A stretch of 64,000 nt of DNA from Lingula anatina (Eukaryota > Animalia > Brachiopoda). Shown here in pieces: positions 1 through 13,666 of this stretch (position 1 is the stretch's first letter; the number at the start of each line of letters is the position of its first letter). The notes under the pieces were generated by a model that worked only from the letters and a program-made list of their open reading frames with translations, ran no database searches and was not told the DNA's origin. A program made the position numbers and the translations under genes. The DNA is taken from contig CM120649.1 of NCBI GenBank assembly GCA_051362555.1, positions 13,392,001 through 13,456,000 on the forward strand. The letters run 5' to 3'.

Positions 1-2620
1 AGTCAGCATTGGGACTGCAGTCATGCGATGACGTGCATTCATTGATATCAGTACACGCGAGTCCAGTTCCCTCAAAGCCCGGTTTACATTTACAAACGTA
101 GGAGCCCTCCGTGTCCGTACATGTGGCGTCAGCATGGCAGGGCGAGGCAGTGCATTCGTTAATATTCGAGCATGTCCGACCGTCTCCTGTGTAGCCGGCG
201 TCACACGCGCACGTGTAGGATCCCACCGTATTGGTGCACTGCGCGTTAGCGTGGCATTGGTTTGACGTTGAGCATTCGTCTATATCTAGAGAAAACACAA
301 ATGGTTGTATATATATATATCTTTTTTTAATGAAAGCATGTACCTTTGTTGCCAAATGGTAACACATGCGTTATTTTAACCTAACTTAATTACAGGGTTG
401 ACGGGGAGTACACCTACTGCAGTCAAAAAGTATATGGGGCTTCTTTCCTGTAAATGATCAATGCACTTCTTTGAAAACTTTCAAGAATTCACCTTGCGTC
501 GTTATTTAACATTATAAACACAATATCGAGTTGCAGATGGCATGATGCCATCATCAATGACTGTCCACGTACCTCTGCACGTTCTTTGGTCACTCTGATC
601 CAACACAAAGCCCGTCCTGCAAGTACAGTTATAGCTGCCACCTAGGTTATTGCAGTCGCTCGTCGTGCGGTTACAGTTGTCTGCTCCCGTTGTGCATTCA
701 TTGATATCTGTGATTGTTAATACAAAAATAATAACTTGTAATATAAAACGAAGCATGCGAAACGTCCTGATAGTATACCTCAGGTTCTTATAATGACATT
801 CATTGATATCTGTGATTGTTAATACAACGTAATATAAAAATGAAGCATATGGAACGTCTCAATACCTCGAGTCCTAATCATAACCACTGGAACATTGTGG
901 TTTTTGCAATGGACAACAATTATATTTCACTCTCCAACTCATTTCAAATTTTAATAAATACATAAAAAATAACAATAAACTTATTTTAGTTCTAAAATCC
1001 ATTTAAATTACTCAGTAGACCAGGGGACTTTAATAAAAATTAGCGAATCAATTAAGCATCGGTTTATTGGTGTTTTTTTACGGTCGTCATATCTCACCTT
1101 CACAAGCGCCACTGCTTCCAAGGAAATAGCCAGAGAGACAGTAACAAACAGGAACAGATGCATTGCACAGTCCTTGGTTACAGGTCAGGCCCGCGTTAAC
1201 ACATACAGTTAATGTTGCGTTGTTCACTGAAATGTAACAAATTAAACAAATGCTCATTGAAGAATCTATTTTAATTCTGGTCTTTTTATAGATTATCGCT
1301 ATGGTACTTATAAAATGGGCGTGAAAACTTGCTTGAGTTCAAGTGTGAGGGTTATGTTCACGTTTCTATTTGATGAGAAACGTTAAAACAGATAACAGAA
1401 TACATGTATGCCAGTGGCGGATTTAGAGGGGGGTTGGGGTCAGGGGTGTCCTGATCTCCCCTTCGATTTCTGGTCTCCTCTTGTAATTAGAATTTTGACT
1501 AGCTGAATCATAGTTCTAAACCGTACCAAATGGCACCGTTCGCCCTCTAAAATACCAAAAAATTACGGGGCCCTTCAGCGGGTCCCGAACCCCACGCCAT
1601 GTGGGGGTGGGGGGTGGGGGGGGGGAGGGTCAGCTTCACATCCGCGGATCCCCACTTCAAATAATCCTGGATCCGCCCCTGTATGCTGATATAAAACATG
1701 TAGATCAAAATAAAATAATAATTGGCAATAATGTGTCAATTCTGCCGTGCGTAGATCCTCACCTTGATTGCACGTAAATCCATCAAGAGCCAACTGATAG
1801 TCAGAATTGAAGCAGGAGCACGTGTAGCTCCCCACAGTGTTAGCACAGTCGTGGTCACAGCGGTCTGTCTTCAAGGCACACTCGTCAACATCTGAAACAT
1901 ACATTTAACAGCGTCTTCGTCATTCTTTCTGGCAGTTAGTTTCGGTTTCGTTTCTGATGACGACCTTACAGAAGGTAGTGCATGTAGTAGCATATAAGGT
2001 ACAGTCACCACAATATTTAACCTACTTGTATTTTACAATATGCAGTGATGTTGTGTGCATGGGTTAGGCCTGAAATTCCATTCTCACTATGGCCTTTGTA
2101 TTTTCTGTGAGCTATTCTGAATAATGTACTGCAATAGGCCACCAGGATACATGTCAAACATTTTAAATTCTAAAAACAGGAATTTCACCAACGCTTGTTG
2201 TTATTTTTTTTTGGTAACGCCAGTCATCAATTCAGTGATAAAAATCAAACTTGCATGCAACGTTCTTTTAAAAATAAAATTCAGAAAAACGTATAATGTT
2301 AGCAAACATTTCTCAGACGGTACACAACTGTATATACCAATAGACCTTATTACCTTGACAGTGCGTATCATTGACCAATGTTTTTCCTGGATTGCAGCCA
2401 CAGCTGAAGCCACCAGGCGTGTTAGTGCATGTCTCCTCGCAGTTTGTGCCCCCCTCAACACACTCATTTATATCTGTAAAATACACTTGTCTCGGTAAAT
2501 AGTTCTAAAAGGTGTGTCATACCCCCAGGAACTCTCAGTTTCTTCTATCTAGAGACATACTAATAACTGAGGGAATAAAATGACATGCATTAAAAATTCT
2601 TGCGTTTATAACTACTACCC

Positions 2621-2656
<36 letters not shown>

Positions 2657-4594
2657 GCATTATTAACAATATTTTCATCTTAATCATCATTACTTTATAT
2701 ATATCTTATATTTACCGGGCTTTGTAAATTACAATTATTTCAGGCATGTACTCGTACCGAAATAAATAAATAAATAAATAACATACCCAGACAAGCGCCA
2801 GTAGGGTCTGCCCTATATCCTGTTTCGCATGCGCACGTGTACGATCCCCTGGTGTTATTGCAGATGGCGTTGGCACCACAGATGGTGGTGTTCTGCGCGC
2901 ACTCGTCCACGTCGTTCTCACAGTTCGCCCCCTCCCAGCCGGCCACGCAGTCCGTACACCCTACAACCCGGTCACAGGTGTTTGCACGGGACCCGCAGCT
3001 GCACGTGTTGGCGCAGTTGGTGCCCCAGTGGATGCCGTCACATGCTGCAATGAGAATATTTCTTTGCATTTTTAAACGGCCAAAATATACTGAACTTGTA
3101 CAGGTACCTGTATATCCGAAAAGAGTTCCGTTTTTATGTTACGGGGGCTTTGCACAACGATATTAAACCAGAGTAGAGATTGAGCATGTAGTCAACAACC
3201 AGTCACCCAGCCAATCAATCGGTCAGTCAGTCAGTCAGTTAGACAGACGGTCGGTCACAGAATGATTCAGAAAAAAAAACCAGTGCGTGTATACATATGC
3301 ATATACATACCAGTACATGTGCGCATGTCACTCTCACGCTTAAATCCTACTGCACATGCGCACTCGTATCCTCCAAGTGTGTTCTGACACGTGCTGTTTG
3401 CGCTGCACAAATTACTGCCACTACACTCGTCAATATCTGTAAGTAATGTCCCACATAGGTCAAATACTACATCACCGATTTCATATATAAAAATAGCTGT
3501 CGGATTAAAGGTTGACTGAACCATTTCTAAGATAAATCCAAAGGGCAATTATGATTCAACTGGATTTTAAATCGTAATTATATTTCGATTGCTCATACAC
3601 TATACAATTCGCACTCTATTCCAACCTGTATTTTAGTGTGCAATGGGTTCGATGTTTTTCAGTAATACGGAGCGGTTTTTCGTCTTTGTCATAAGTTTAA
3701 ATTCATATGATCACTGCTTAATATTACTTGAATATTCAAGTAACGTGGACAAATCTTCCGGTACCAGAGCTGCCCGCCTCATGCACAGTCTACTGTATCG
3801 AACCAATAAGACGTGAAGGTTTGTACGACCTACCGTTACAAGTCACACTATCCGCCAGCAAGTCGTATCCAGGTGGACAGAAACAACCAGGTGACCCGTT
3901 GTTATTGTAACAAGTCGCAGGGGAGACACAAGGATGACCCGCACATACAGCAATGTCTAAAAACCAAAGGGTAGATAATTAAAATAACAATATGGTGCAA
4001 TGTGACGGGGGAAGGGGGAATACCTGTGAATGAGATGTTCTCATTAAATACAGTTTTAGTGTACATTCATGGTTAATATAATCGCACGTTATAACTATTA
4101 ACTCTTAACTGTATCAGCATGTTTGTACCAGTAATAAGCACCACACAGAGTCGCTATCAGTGTATTATTATTAGTTAATCCCACCTCACGCGGCTTCTTG
4201 CACCTTTTTTTATCTCGTTTAACTAACCACAGTGGCGATAGTCTCGTCAAATGCTATCTTGGATGACCCCTATGGCGTTCGCACAATACGTTGTCTTACG
4301 TTGTCTTAAGAAGATTTGAATATTATGAACGTAGAACAACTCAGCATACCTGTAGCAGTGCAGTTTTTCCCGTCTGCATCTAGAGTGTACCCAGTCTGGC
4401 AAGAACAGGTAAAGCTTCCAATCGTATTGGTGCAGATCTGTTGGCAACCGTCAGTACGGGCGGTACACTCGTCTGTATCTGCAAGAAACACACACAGACG
4501 TGCATGGAAGAAGACACTTCCCGGTATGGTATGAAAAGAAAATACCGACAACATAGAGGTATTCATATTTCAGGGAAAATGTCCATGGCATATT

Positions 4595-4668
<74 letters not shown>

Positions 4669-7600
4669 AGAAAGAGAGTCAAACATGATAGAATATTTAA
4701 AGGTGCCCCAAACAAGTTGATCATAATATACTTATTAATATAGTTTCCGAATGCCATATATGTTTACAACCTATCTAAACTCACCAACTCACAAAATAAG
4801 CAAAGTAAAAATAAATAAGTACATAAATAAACAAATAAATAAACAAGACATATTTTAAAGACAAACAATAATAACTGAGTAGGAAATGAAGAAGAAATGG
4901 ATAAAAACAAGAGGAAGACCTACTTACCGACGCACGTTTTAGCATCCGTATTTCTGAATCCAGAATGACAGGTGCACGTGTAGTCGCCATCTATGTTAAC
5001 GCACGTTGAAATGGACGTGTTACACGTGTTCAGTGTCGCGTTAGAACACTCGTCAATGTCTGGGGAATTGCAAGAAAAACAAAACGCAATATCAGAATTC
5101 TTTTTCTCTCATTTCAACTTCAATAGTGTAAAAAGAATGATTTGCTTTATAAAAAGCATATAATTATGATATATACATACAGTGAAATGTAGGCTACTTT
5201 GCACTCAGATAAAGATACATTACGCATGTTGAACTTGATAGCAGCATTAAATTTTAATCGCATTATAATTGCAATAAATTTTGAAGAAAAAACAATGAGG
5301 CCTACAACTAACGTGAACGTTGTAACAACTCAGTGGCAAGAAACACTTTAATTGATACACTGTGTACAGAATTAATCTGTATACATGTACATGAACATAC
5401 GCAAAAAGATGCCTACATTAACATAAATACTGAGCAATAAGCCTAAATTTTCAATGTGACTATGTAAATTTCTGATCGAAAACGTGCAGTAAGAATCTCT
5501 TTTGTCGTCTTATCACAAACAGTTGTGTCCGTGGGGTTATCATGCAAATACCTATGCATTTCAACCCGAGTATGAAATACCCGGATGGACAGAGGCATCT
5601 AAAAGACACTCCCTGCGTCTCCTCCTCGCTAGGGGTCAGGTCAGTGCAATTTCCGGTTGGAGGGCATGGGTTGTCTGCGCAGCCGTCAATTTCTGACTCG
5701 CAGTCCACGCCTAAAATGTAATGACACAAAGTTATGTATTCTTGATTATTTTTTTACCAGTGCTGTTATTGTAAAAGCTTGTACCAGTTATAATGCTGTT
5801 TAATTTTGTGTTATCATAGTAGAACACAGCACATACAGGTAACCTAATGCTGTGTTATAAGGTAAAAATAAATCATTTCTATGTAAATTAGATTGGGTAT
5901 TGATATTAAATTGACCAAATTAAGTCTTAATACAACTTTTACCCAATTTCTAAGCATTTCAAAACATGCCACAAAGACGAATATGATTATTTCTCGGGTA
6001 TGCCTTATTATCCGTGGAATCTGCCGAGGTAATCTAACTGAGTGAAGAAAGTACGAAGGAACGGATAAAGGCAAAGGTGTATTTAGAAAAAAAAGTACCA
6101 CATAAAACACACCTGTGTAGCCCACTGAACAATTGCAGTTAACCAAACGGATGGAGCTGTCGACATTTTGGCCGTCACGGAGTTGGTCGAAGTTACACGA
6201 ACCTTGGCCACTGCAACCGGAACAAAGGTCAACCGTTGGGGTCCAAGTGGTGGATCCTCCCCTGCCATCTGTTAACTGAACCCTTCATTAAAGTAATATA
6301 ACACGATATATACTATTTAGAATGGTTCTATGTGATAACTAATGCAAGCAGTGCACGTAATGGAAACGGACGCAGAGAGTCAATGCAAAAAATGGAAACA
6401 CCAATGTTTTTAAAAAATAGAAAACTTTCAACACTGAACTTTTTTCATAGCGAACTAGAGGATCAGAGAGGCGATACGGCCTCCGAATATTGTACCACCA
6501 GCTGGAGCAAGCGCATTCGTATAGACCCCCACATACACAAAATAAGGGACACAGTCACCAGTCTTGTGCTTGACAAACTGTAAACATGCAATCAACAAGA
6601 ATTTTCAATATATGCAAAAAATATATGAAACTAAAAATGGTACAATCAAATTTAAGTTCATCGTAAGGTAGGTGAAAGGTCATTTTCAAGGTCACAGTAA
6701 ATTGCCAGTATATGACTTCCTATTCAAGTTCAATAGTAACTATGGACCTATCTCTGCCAGGTTTGGAGTTAAAAGAGAAAGAAATTAGCAGAGTTCAGTT
6801 CAAGATAATAAGTAGATCAAAGGTCAATTTCAAGGTCACACTTAGATTGCCAGTATATGACTTCCTATTCAAGTTCAATAGTAACTATGGACCTATCTCT
6901 GCCAGTTTTAGAGATAAAAGTTAAGCAAAATTTGCAAAATTCAGTTCATGGTGAAAAGTAGGTCAAAGGTCAATTTCAAGGTCACAGTAAGATTGCCAGT
7001 ATTTGACTTCCTATTCAAGTTCAGTAGTAACTATGGACCTATCTCTGCCAGTTTTGGAGATAAAAGGGAAGCAAAATTTGCAAAGTTCAGTTCATGGTGA
7101 AAAATAGGTCAAATATCAATTTCAAGGTCACAGTAAGATTGCCAGTATATGACTTTCTATTCAAGTTCAATAGTATCTATGGACCTATCTCTGCCAGTTT
7201 TGCAGATAAAAGGGAATAAATGTTATAATTTTGGAGTTACCATAATGTGCCATAAATTTCCTACAGAAAAGATTAATTAAAATAAAGAAAACATCATTTT
7301 GGTCAAAATTCTTAAAATAGGAGGTGCTCTGAAGTTCCAGAAGTTCAAATTTGATGAAATAATGTCATTTTTGACCACAAGTTGTCTGCTTTGCCAAGCC
7401 TTATGTATTATTTTTCCGGAGTTCAAAATTTATTATCCATTACCGTACTGCACATTTTGCTTTCACCACCAATATGTATTTTTTGATACAGTGTAACTTT
7501 AGAGATAAAAGGGAAGCAAAATTTGCAAAGTTCAGTTCATAGTGAAAAGTAGGTCAAAGGTCAATTTTACGGTCATATTAAGACTGCCAGTATATGACTT

Positions 7601-10600
7601 CCCATTCAACTTCAATAGTAACTATGGACCTATCTCTGCCAGTTTTGGAGATATAAGGGAAGCAAAATTTGCAAAGTTCAGTTCATGGTGAAAAGTAGGT
7701 CAAAGGTCAATTTTAAGGTCACATTTAGATTGCCAGTATATGACTTCCTATTCAAGTTCAATAGTAACTATGGACCTATCTCTGCCAGTTTTGGAGATAA
7801 AAGGGAAGCAAAATTTGTAAGGTTCAGTTCATGGTGAAAAGTAGGTCAAAGGTCAATTTTAAGTTCACATTTAGATTGCCAGTATATGACTTCCTATTCA
7901 AGTTCAATAAAAACTATGGACCTATCTCTGCCAGTTTTGGAGATATAAGGGAAGCAAAATTTGCCAAAGTTCAGTTCATGGTGAAAAATAGGTCAAAGGT
8001 CAATTTTAAGGTCACATTTAGATTGCCAGTATATGACTTCCCATTCAAGTTCAATAAAAACTATGGACCTATCTCTGCCAGTTTTGGAGATATAAGGGAA
8101 GCAAAATTTGCAAAGTTCAGTTCATGGTGAAAAGTAGGTCAAAGGTCAATTTTAAGGTCACATTTAGATTGCCAGTATATGACTTCCCATTCAACTTCAA
8201 TAGTAACTATGGACATATCTCTGCCAGTTTTGGAGATAAAAGGGAAGCAAAATTTGCAAAGTTCAGTTCATGGTGAAAAGTAGGTCAAAGGTCAATTTCA
8301 AGGTCACATTTACATTGCCAGTATGTGACTTCCTATTCAACTTCAATAGTAACTATGGACCTATCTCTGCCAGTTTTGGAGATATAAGGGACTAAATGTT
8401 ATTATTTTGGAGTTACCATAATGTGCCATAAATTTCCTACAGAAAAGATTAATTAAAATAAAGAAAACATCATTTTGGTCAAAATTCTTAAAATAGGAGG
8501 TGCTCTGAATTTCCAGAAGTTCAAATTTGATGAAATAATGTCATTTTTGACCACAAGTTGTCTGCTTTGCCAAGCCTTATGTATTATTTTTCCAGAGTTC
8601 AAAATTTATTATCCATTACCGTACTGCACATTTTGCTTTCACCACCAATATGTACTTTTTGATACAGCGTAACTTGAAAACCGTATGAAATACAAAAAAA
8701 ACGGAGACCACTATCAGTGTTGGGCTTTACATGCTCTACAAAATGCAAAAAAGAATGGGTCTCTAGCATTAACGGTTCCCGAATTAGAGACAGTTTTCAG
8801 TTTCGGTACTTTATGGCCGCTACTCCCGTGAAAATGCACCGATTGACCCCAAATTCACGGAGATGAAAGATGACCCGAAGGGTTACAATTTCCAATAATA
8901 TTATTGGTTAAGTCTGTGTGGTATCTGAATAACAGGGCAAAAAATTTTTTTTCGTAAAAAAATTCATTTTTTTGAAAATTTTGGCCCGTTTGACCTTGAA
9001 ATAAAGGTCAAAGGTCAAATCCAAGGGCATATTTGAAATCTACACATATGACTTTTGGAAAGCTGTCTGTAGAAATTTTTCCCATAACTCCTTCCGTAGG
9101 GTAGATAATTAGCATTTAATTTTGCCATTTTTAGACAAGGGTGCATTGCAATGAGTGCCACACCTAGACCCCAATACCGACAAAGCCCAAATTTTACGTG
9201 GAACGAGTTGAGATTATAGGTGACCTAAATCCAAGAGATGGGTACAGGGGCCCTTACCGTCTAGGAGGAGAAGCGGTAACGGTGACTTGGCGGCGGAGCC
9301 GCAGGTGTTGGCGGAGCCGGCGGAACATACGGGTTGGGACTAAAACCATGGGTACCGCCAGCGCCTACGCTGGTGGTACAATTAAAGTCAACCTAAAACT
9401 AGATGCATTCTAAAAATAAGGTGGAAAATGAATCTTCTAGACTTAGAATTAACACTTCGTTCATGGGCGTGTATGATGTAAGATTGTGATATGAGACTTC
9501 ACGCATAATCCAGCGCACACAATCCATGCAAGCTGAGCCACCAGTCTTGTCAGTCAGCTCAGCTTGGAACAACCATGTGCGCCGGACATGAGGTGCACTT
9601 ACCCTACAGGCCCACTCACGGTCACAGACGTGGCATTCACCGCGAATATCAACTTGTTAGCCGTGACGTTTTTGATTTCCGTGTAACTCCTGTTGTAAGC
9701 CAAACTAGCTGTGATGGTGTCATTATCCGGGTCCATGAACTCTAGTTCAAAATTCTCTTCCACGTTTACAGTTATTCTAATCGGCGACCTAGGATTGCTT
9801 GTGATATTTGGACTGCGGTTTTCTAAAAATTTAAAATATGAATTCGATCATACATTATATTTTCCTTGTTTTTAGTACAAGCAACATCATCGGAGTGGCG
9901 TGATACCATAAACTGTTTTAATACACCGCTGTATGTACATGTATGTGAAAAAAAGCAGTTTGTTCCATAATTCTAAAGATTCTAAAGATTTAACAAAACA
10001 CCCCATCACTGGTTAGTATTCAGGATTACTTCAATCTTTGATGACTTCTTTCAATGCCTCTCATAAACAACAGTATCTGTGTTATTCATACAAATAAACT
10101 AATCTAATCATATCGGTGACGAAAAAAAAATCAAAGTTATAATCAAAGTTATAATGCCCGGTCTACTTAAAATGTGACTAATGAACTACCGCTGTACAAT
10201 GGGGTTGTATTGTTGGTCTTTTTGTGAAATTTGATGTTAATAAAATGATACCAGGAGCATATCATTCCACAGTCATTTATCTCCCCCAAAGTATTGGTTC
10301 AGTAGGGGTGACACTTCTATTGTCCAGTGTGTATAGATTGATCAAACTCTGCAGGGACTCTCGCTGAATGCAATTAGATTTACACGCCTCTTCGTTGCGT
10401 TGGGTAGAAAACAGAAACGCATGATACCAGGAGCATATCATTCCACAGTCATTTATCTCCCCCAAAGTATTGGTTCAGTAGGGGTGACACTTCTATTGTC
10501 CAGTGTGTATAGATTGATCAAACTCTGCAGGGACTCTCGCTGAATGCAATTAGATTTACACGCCTCTTCGTTGCGTTGGGTAGAAAACAGAAACGCATGA

Positions 10601-13600
10601 TTACGCGAGAATGATGGAAATAAGAGGAGGCGTGTAAATAAATTAATTGCTTGCATTCAGCGAGAGATCCTGCAATATACAAAATATTAAAAACTATCAC
10701 CAATACCTATTTCAAGCTTAATCTTCTCAGCGTTAACATCAAAGTCCCTGGTTTCATTGGCCAAACTTCCGTCGCCTGTTATCAAGAAGTCGTATACACA
10801 GGCCTTAAGGTTATCACACAAGGCAACGGCACTGCTGTATTTTTCAGTCCCGTATGTTGCTTCGAGATTCTCCGTGAACACGGGCAGGAAGGAAGGATCC
10901 GTGTAATTGGCGGCGGAATAACCCGGACGGTAGTCGAACATGCTCTCAGCTTCAGTTAGACGCCCTGTGGGAACGACATTAAGACAATGGAGAAAACAGG
11001 CAAAATATTGAGTATTTACACAATTAAAAGCCAATCAAAAATAAGAGCATGGTAGATACTTATTAAATGAACACCTCTTATGTTTTGGCAATCGAGGCAT
11101 TTAAACATTTTATATTTTCATTACTTAAAAAATAGCAGTGTAAATGTATGGAGTGATATAATCAAAATGCTAAGACTTCTTGGGTCATATCTGGATAATC
11201 AGTACAAAAATCAAATTAAAATAAAAGTGACAGTGCAATTATTTATATATTGTACAGTAAAGTGCTCTGTTATTACTTACAAGTTTCTCCAAAATTGTAA
11301 TATATCTGTTCGTCAGTTGAGTTCGACGGTAAAACTGTGCCGTTTCTGGCAGTGAGATCGTCTTCGGTGTTGCCGTCGTAATTGCCCATGAGGCACTTTA
11401 GTTGACTGGCCCGGCTCTCGGGGACGTTAACGGAGAACATCAGCAGGTTCACCCCCAGGGTAATATTCAGCGTCACCTCTGGAAATGGAAAAGTGGCTTT
11501 ATAACGGAATATCCATTTACAGAATGCCAAAACCCTAATCACACTATGTAGACCCGTTCTATACAGAAAATTGCACGTCTTATTAGCAGTGTATAATCTC
11601 CATATTTGCAATGCTCTCGTATTTTTTTCTATCTATGATCGTATTCTCTGGTTTCCGATATTGCTTCCCTTTGAAAGAGATGCACCGGTAGTGCAGAGAA
11701 AATAAAATATTTATCTAAATGGGTGATGGCATACAAAAATAATAATAAACACGTGCCCGTAGACTCGCCAGAAAACAATGTAAATTCATTTACACAAAGC
11801 ACACTAATTGCAATCTAATTAGCGACGTATTTTCAACTTTCACGTTTGAAAATTAAAAAAAAAAATCATTTTTTAATTATACCATTTTAATAATGAGATA
11901 TTTAAATGATTTCCGAAAAAATTTGAACCTTACGTGAAGCAAATATGGCAGTTAAAGTTTTCTGCTCGGCGCTGTAGAGGAGATCCAAGTTGTTGTACTC
12001 CGCGCTGCCACTGGATAGTAGTGTTGGTGATACCAGAGTGGTTCCCACATATATTTCCATATCTGAAAATGAATAAATAAAATAAAATAAAATAAAATAA
12101 AATAAAATAAAATAAACTTTTCATATCTAAAATGAAGTGAAACGCAGTTATGAAATGAAAACCTGGCAGGCAATAGAGACCAAATGGATAGAATTTTATT
12201 TTCAATCAGAGGTTGTTAAAACTTGGTTCATTTATTATTAGAAAAAAAAAGCAAATAAACTTGAGAACAGCGATAAAAATACTAACCAAGAAGTGAGTAA
12301 GACCGTTGCAACTCTTTAAAAGATTAATTTTACCTTGCCTGTCCTCGGTCAATTGAACCTGAAGTTTGTCCGAATTAATGTCCTTTGCTACAAATGCGCT
12401 GAAAATGGTCGCGTTGGCTAATCCGCCGCCTTTGGGAATAGCTTGCTCAAGACGAGTCTAAAGCGAAGACGGTCATGTTAAAATATCATTAAGTATTCGT
12501 AACCCAGTGTTTGTTATTTCAGATTCTTTACTTTTTCCCCTAAATTGTAACAAAAAACCGCTATCATTATCAAAGTCACTTGGACATTACAATCCGTCCC
12601 AATTACATTAATTCCCCAAATGAATTATAAATAAACAAATAAATTCATTATCATAACCTTTTATCATTTTTTTTTTACATTTTCGTTTTATATTTCAGAG
12701 AATACAAAATATAAAAAATTCAGCAAAACATATCGGTACATTCCGTCGCCTCACCTGCAGAAGGAACGTCTTATTAGCCATATCCACTAAACAGTACTCC
12801 CCTCGCCCGTTGAATGTGTATTGTAGGCCATCCAATGTCTTAAAATGCGGGTCACCGAAGAAAAAGGCTGAAATATATCATTTCTCAACATTAATAAAAT
12901 AGGCCGCTTAAACTATATTATTCATCTTGTCAGTCATAAACACATTGCTTGATTTGCTATTTCATAATCATGAAAAGTAAATTAAGATGTGTTTGGAACA
13001 CAAAAACAATAAAAAATAATGAGTAATGAATAATGGACTAAAATATTTGGAACAAATGAGGCTACAAGTACGACAAATACAAATTTAAATTTTGAAAAAA
13101 AGATAAAAAATCAAAATTAAAAATTAAGAATTTATAAGTTGCACACTTAATGAGATATATTGTATATCTATTTTAGAATTTGGGCATTTACCCATAAAGC
13201 TGTATTACAATATAATGCACGTATTTTGAGAATTATTAATCCATCGTCAGTCTATGATACTCACTAAATCTGGGTGGAATATAATTTCGACAATCATTAT
13301 TTGGTCTGTAAGTGAAGTATGTTTCACAGTTGTCGGAACGAAGGCAACAGTCCAGCTTCGGGTTGAAGTCTTGTGCTAGATAATTCGTAGGCAAAAATCT
13401 CTCGTGATTCACTTGCAGCGAGCCCGTTGCTATTGAGTTAGCTTCAGTGATCAGGGCAAAGTTGGTCCTGCTGTAGCAGCATTCCTGGAGTGAAAAACGT
13501 TCAGAGAGTTATAGAAAGCAAGGTACACAATGGGTTCTAATCTAATGGAAAAGCTGGGGAGAGGCGGGATAAGAACTGCACACCTTCCCCAAACATTCCT

Positions 13601-13629
13601 ATAGAAAATAAACCTTATACTAGGCCCTT

Positions 13630-13666
<37 letters not shown>

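Noticed and set aside
6640-8674. Regular repeats resembling a CRISPR array, and small ORFs within them
   Set aside because: Monomers are contiguous with no unique spacers, there are no cas genes, and the context is eukaryotic. The ORFs are repeat-derived.
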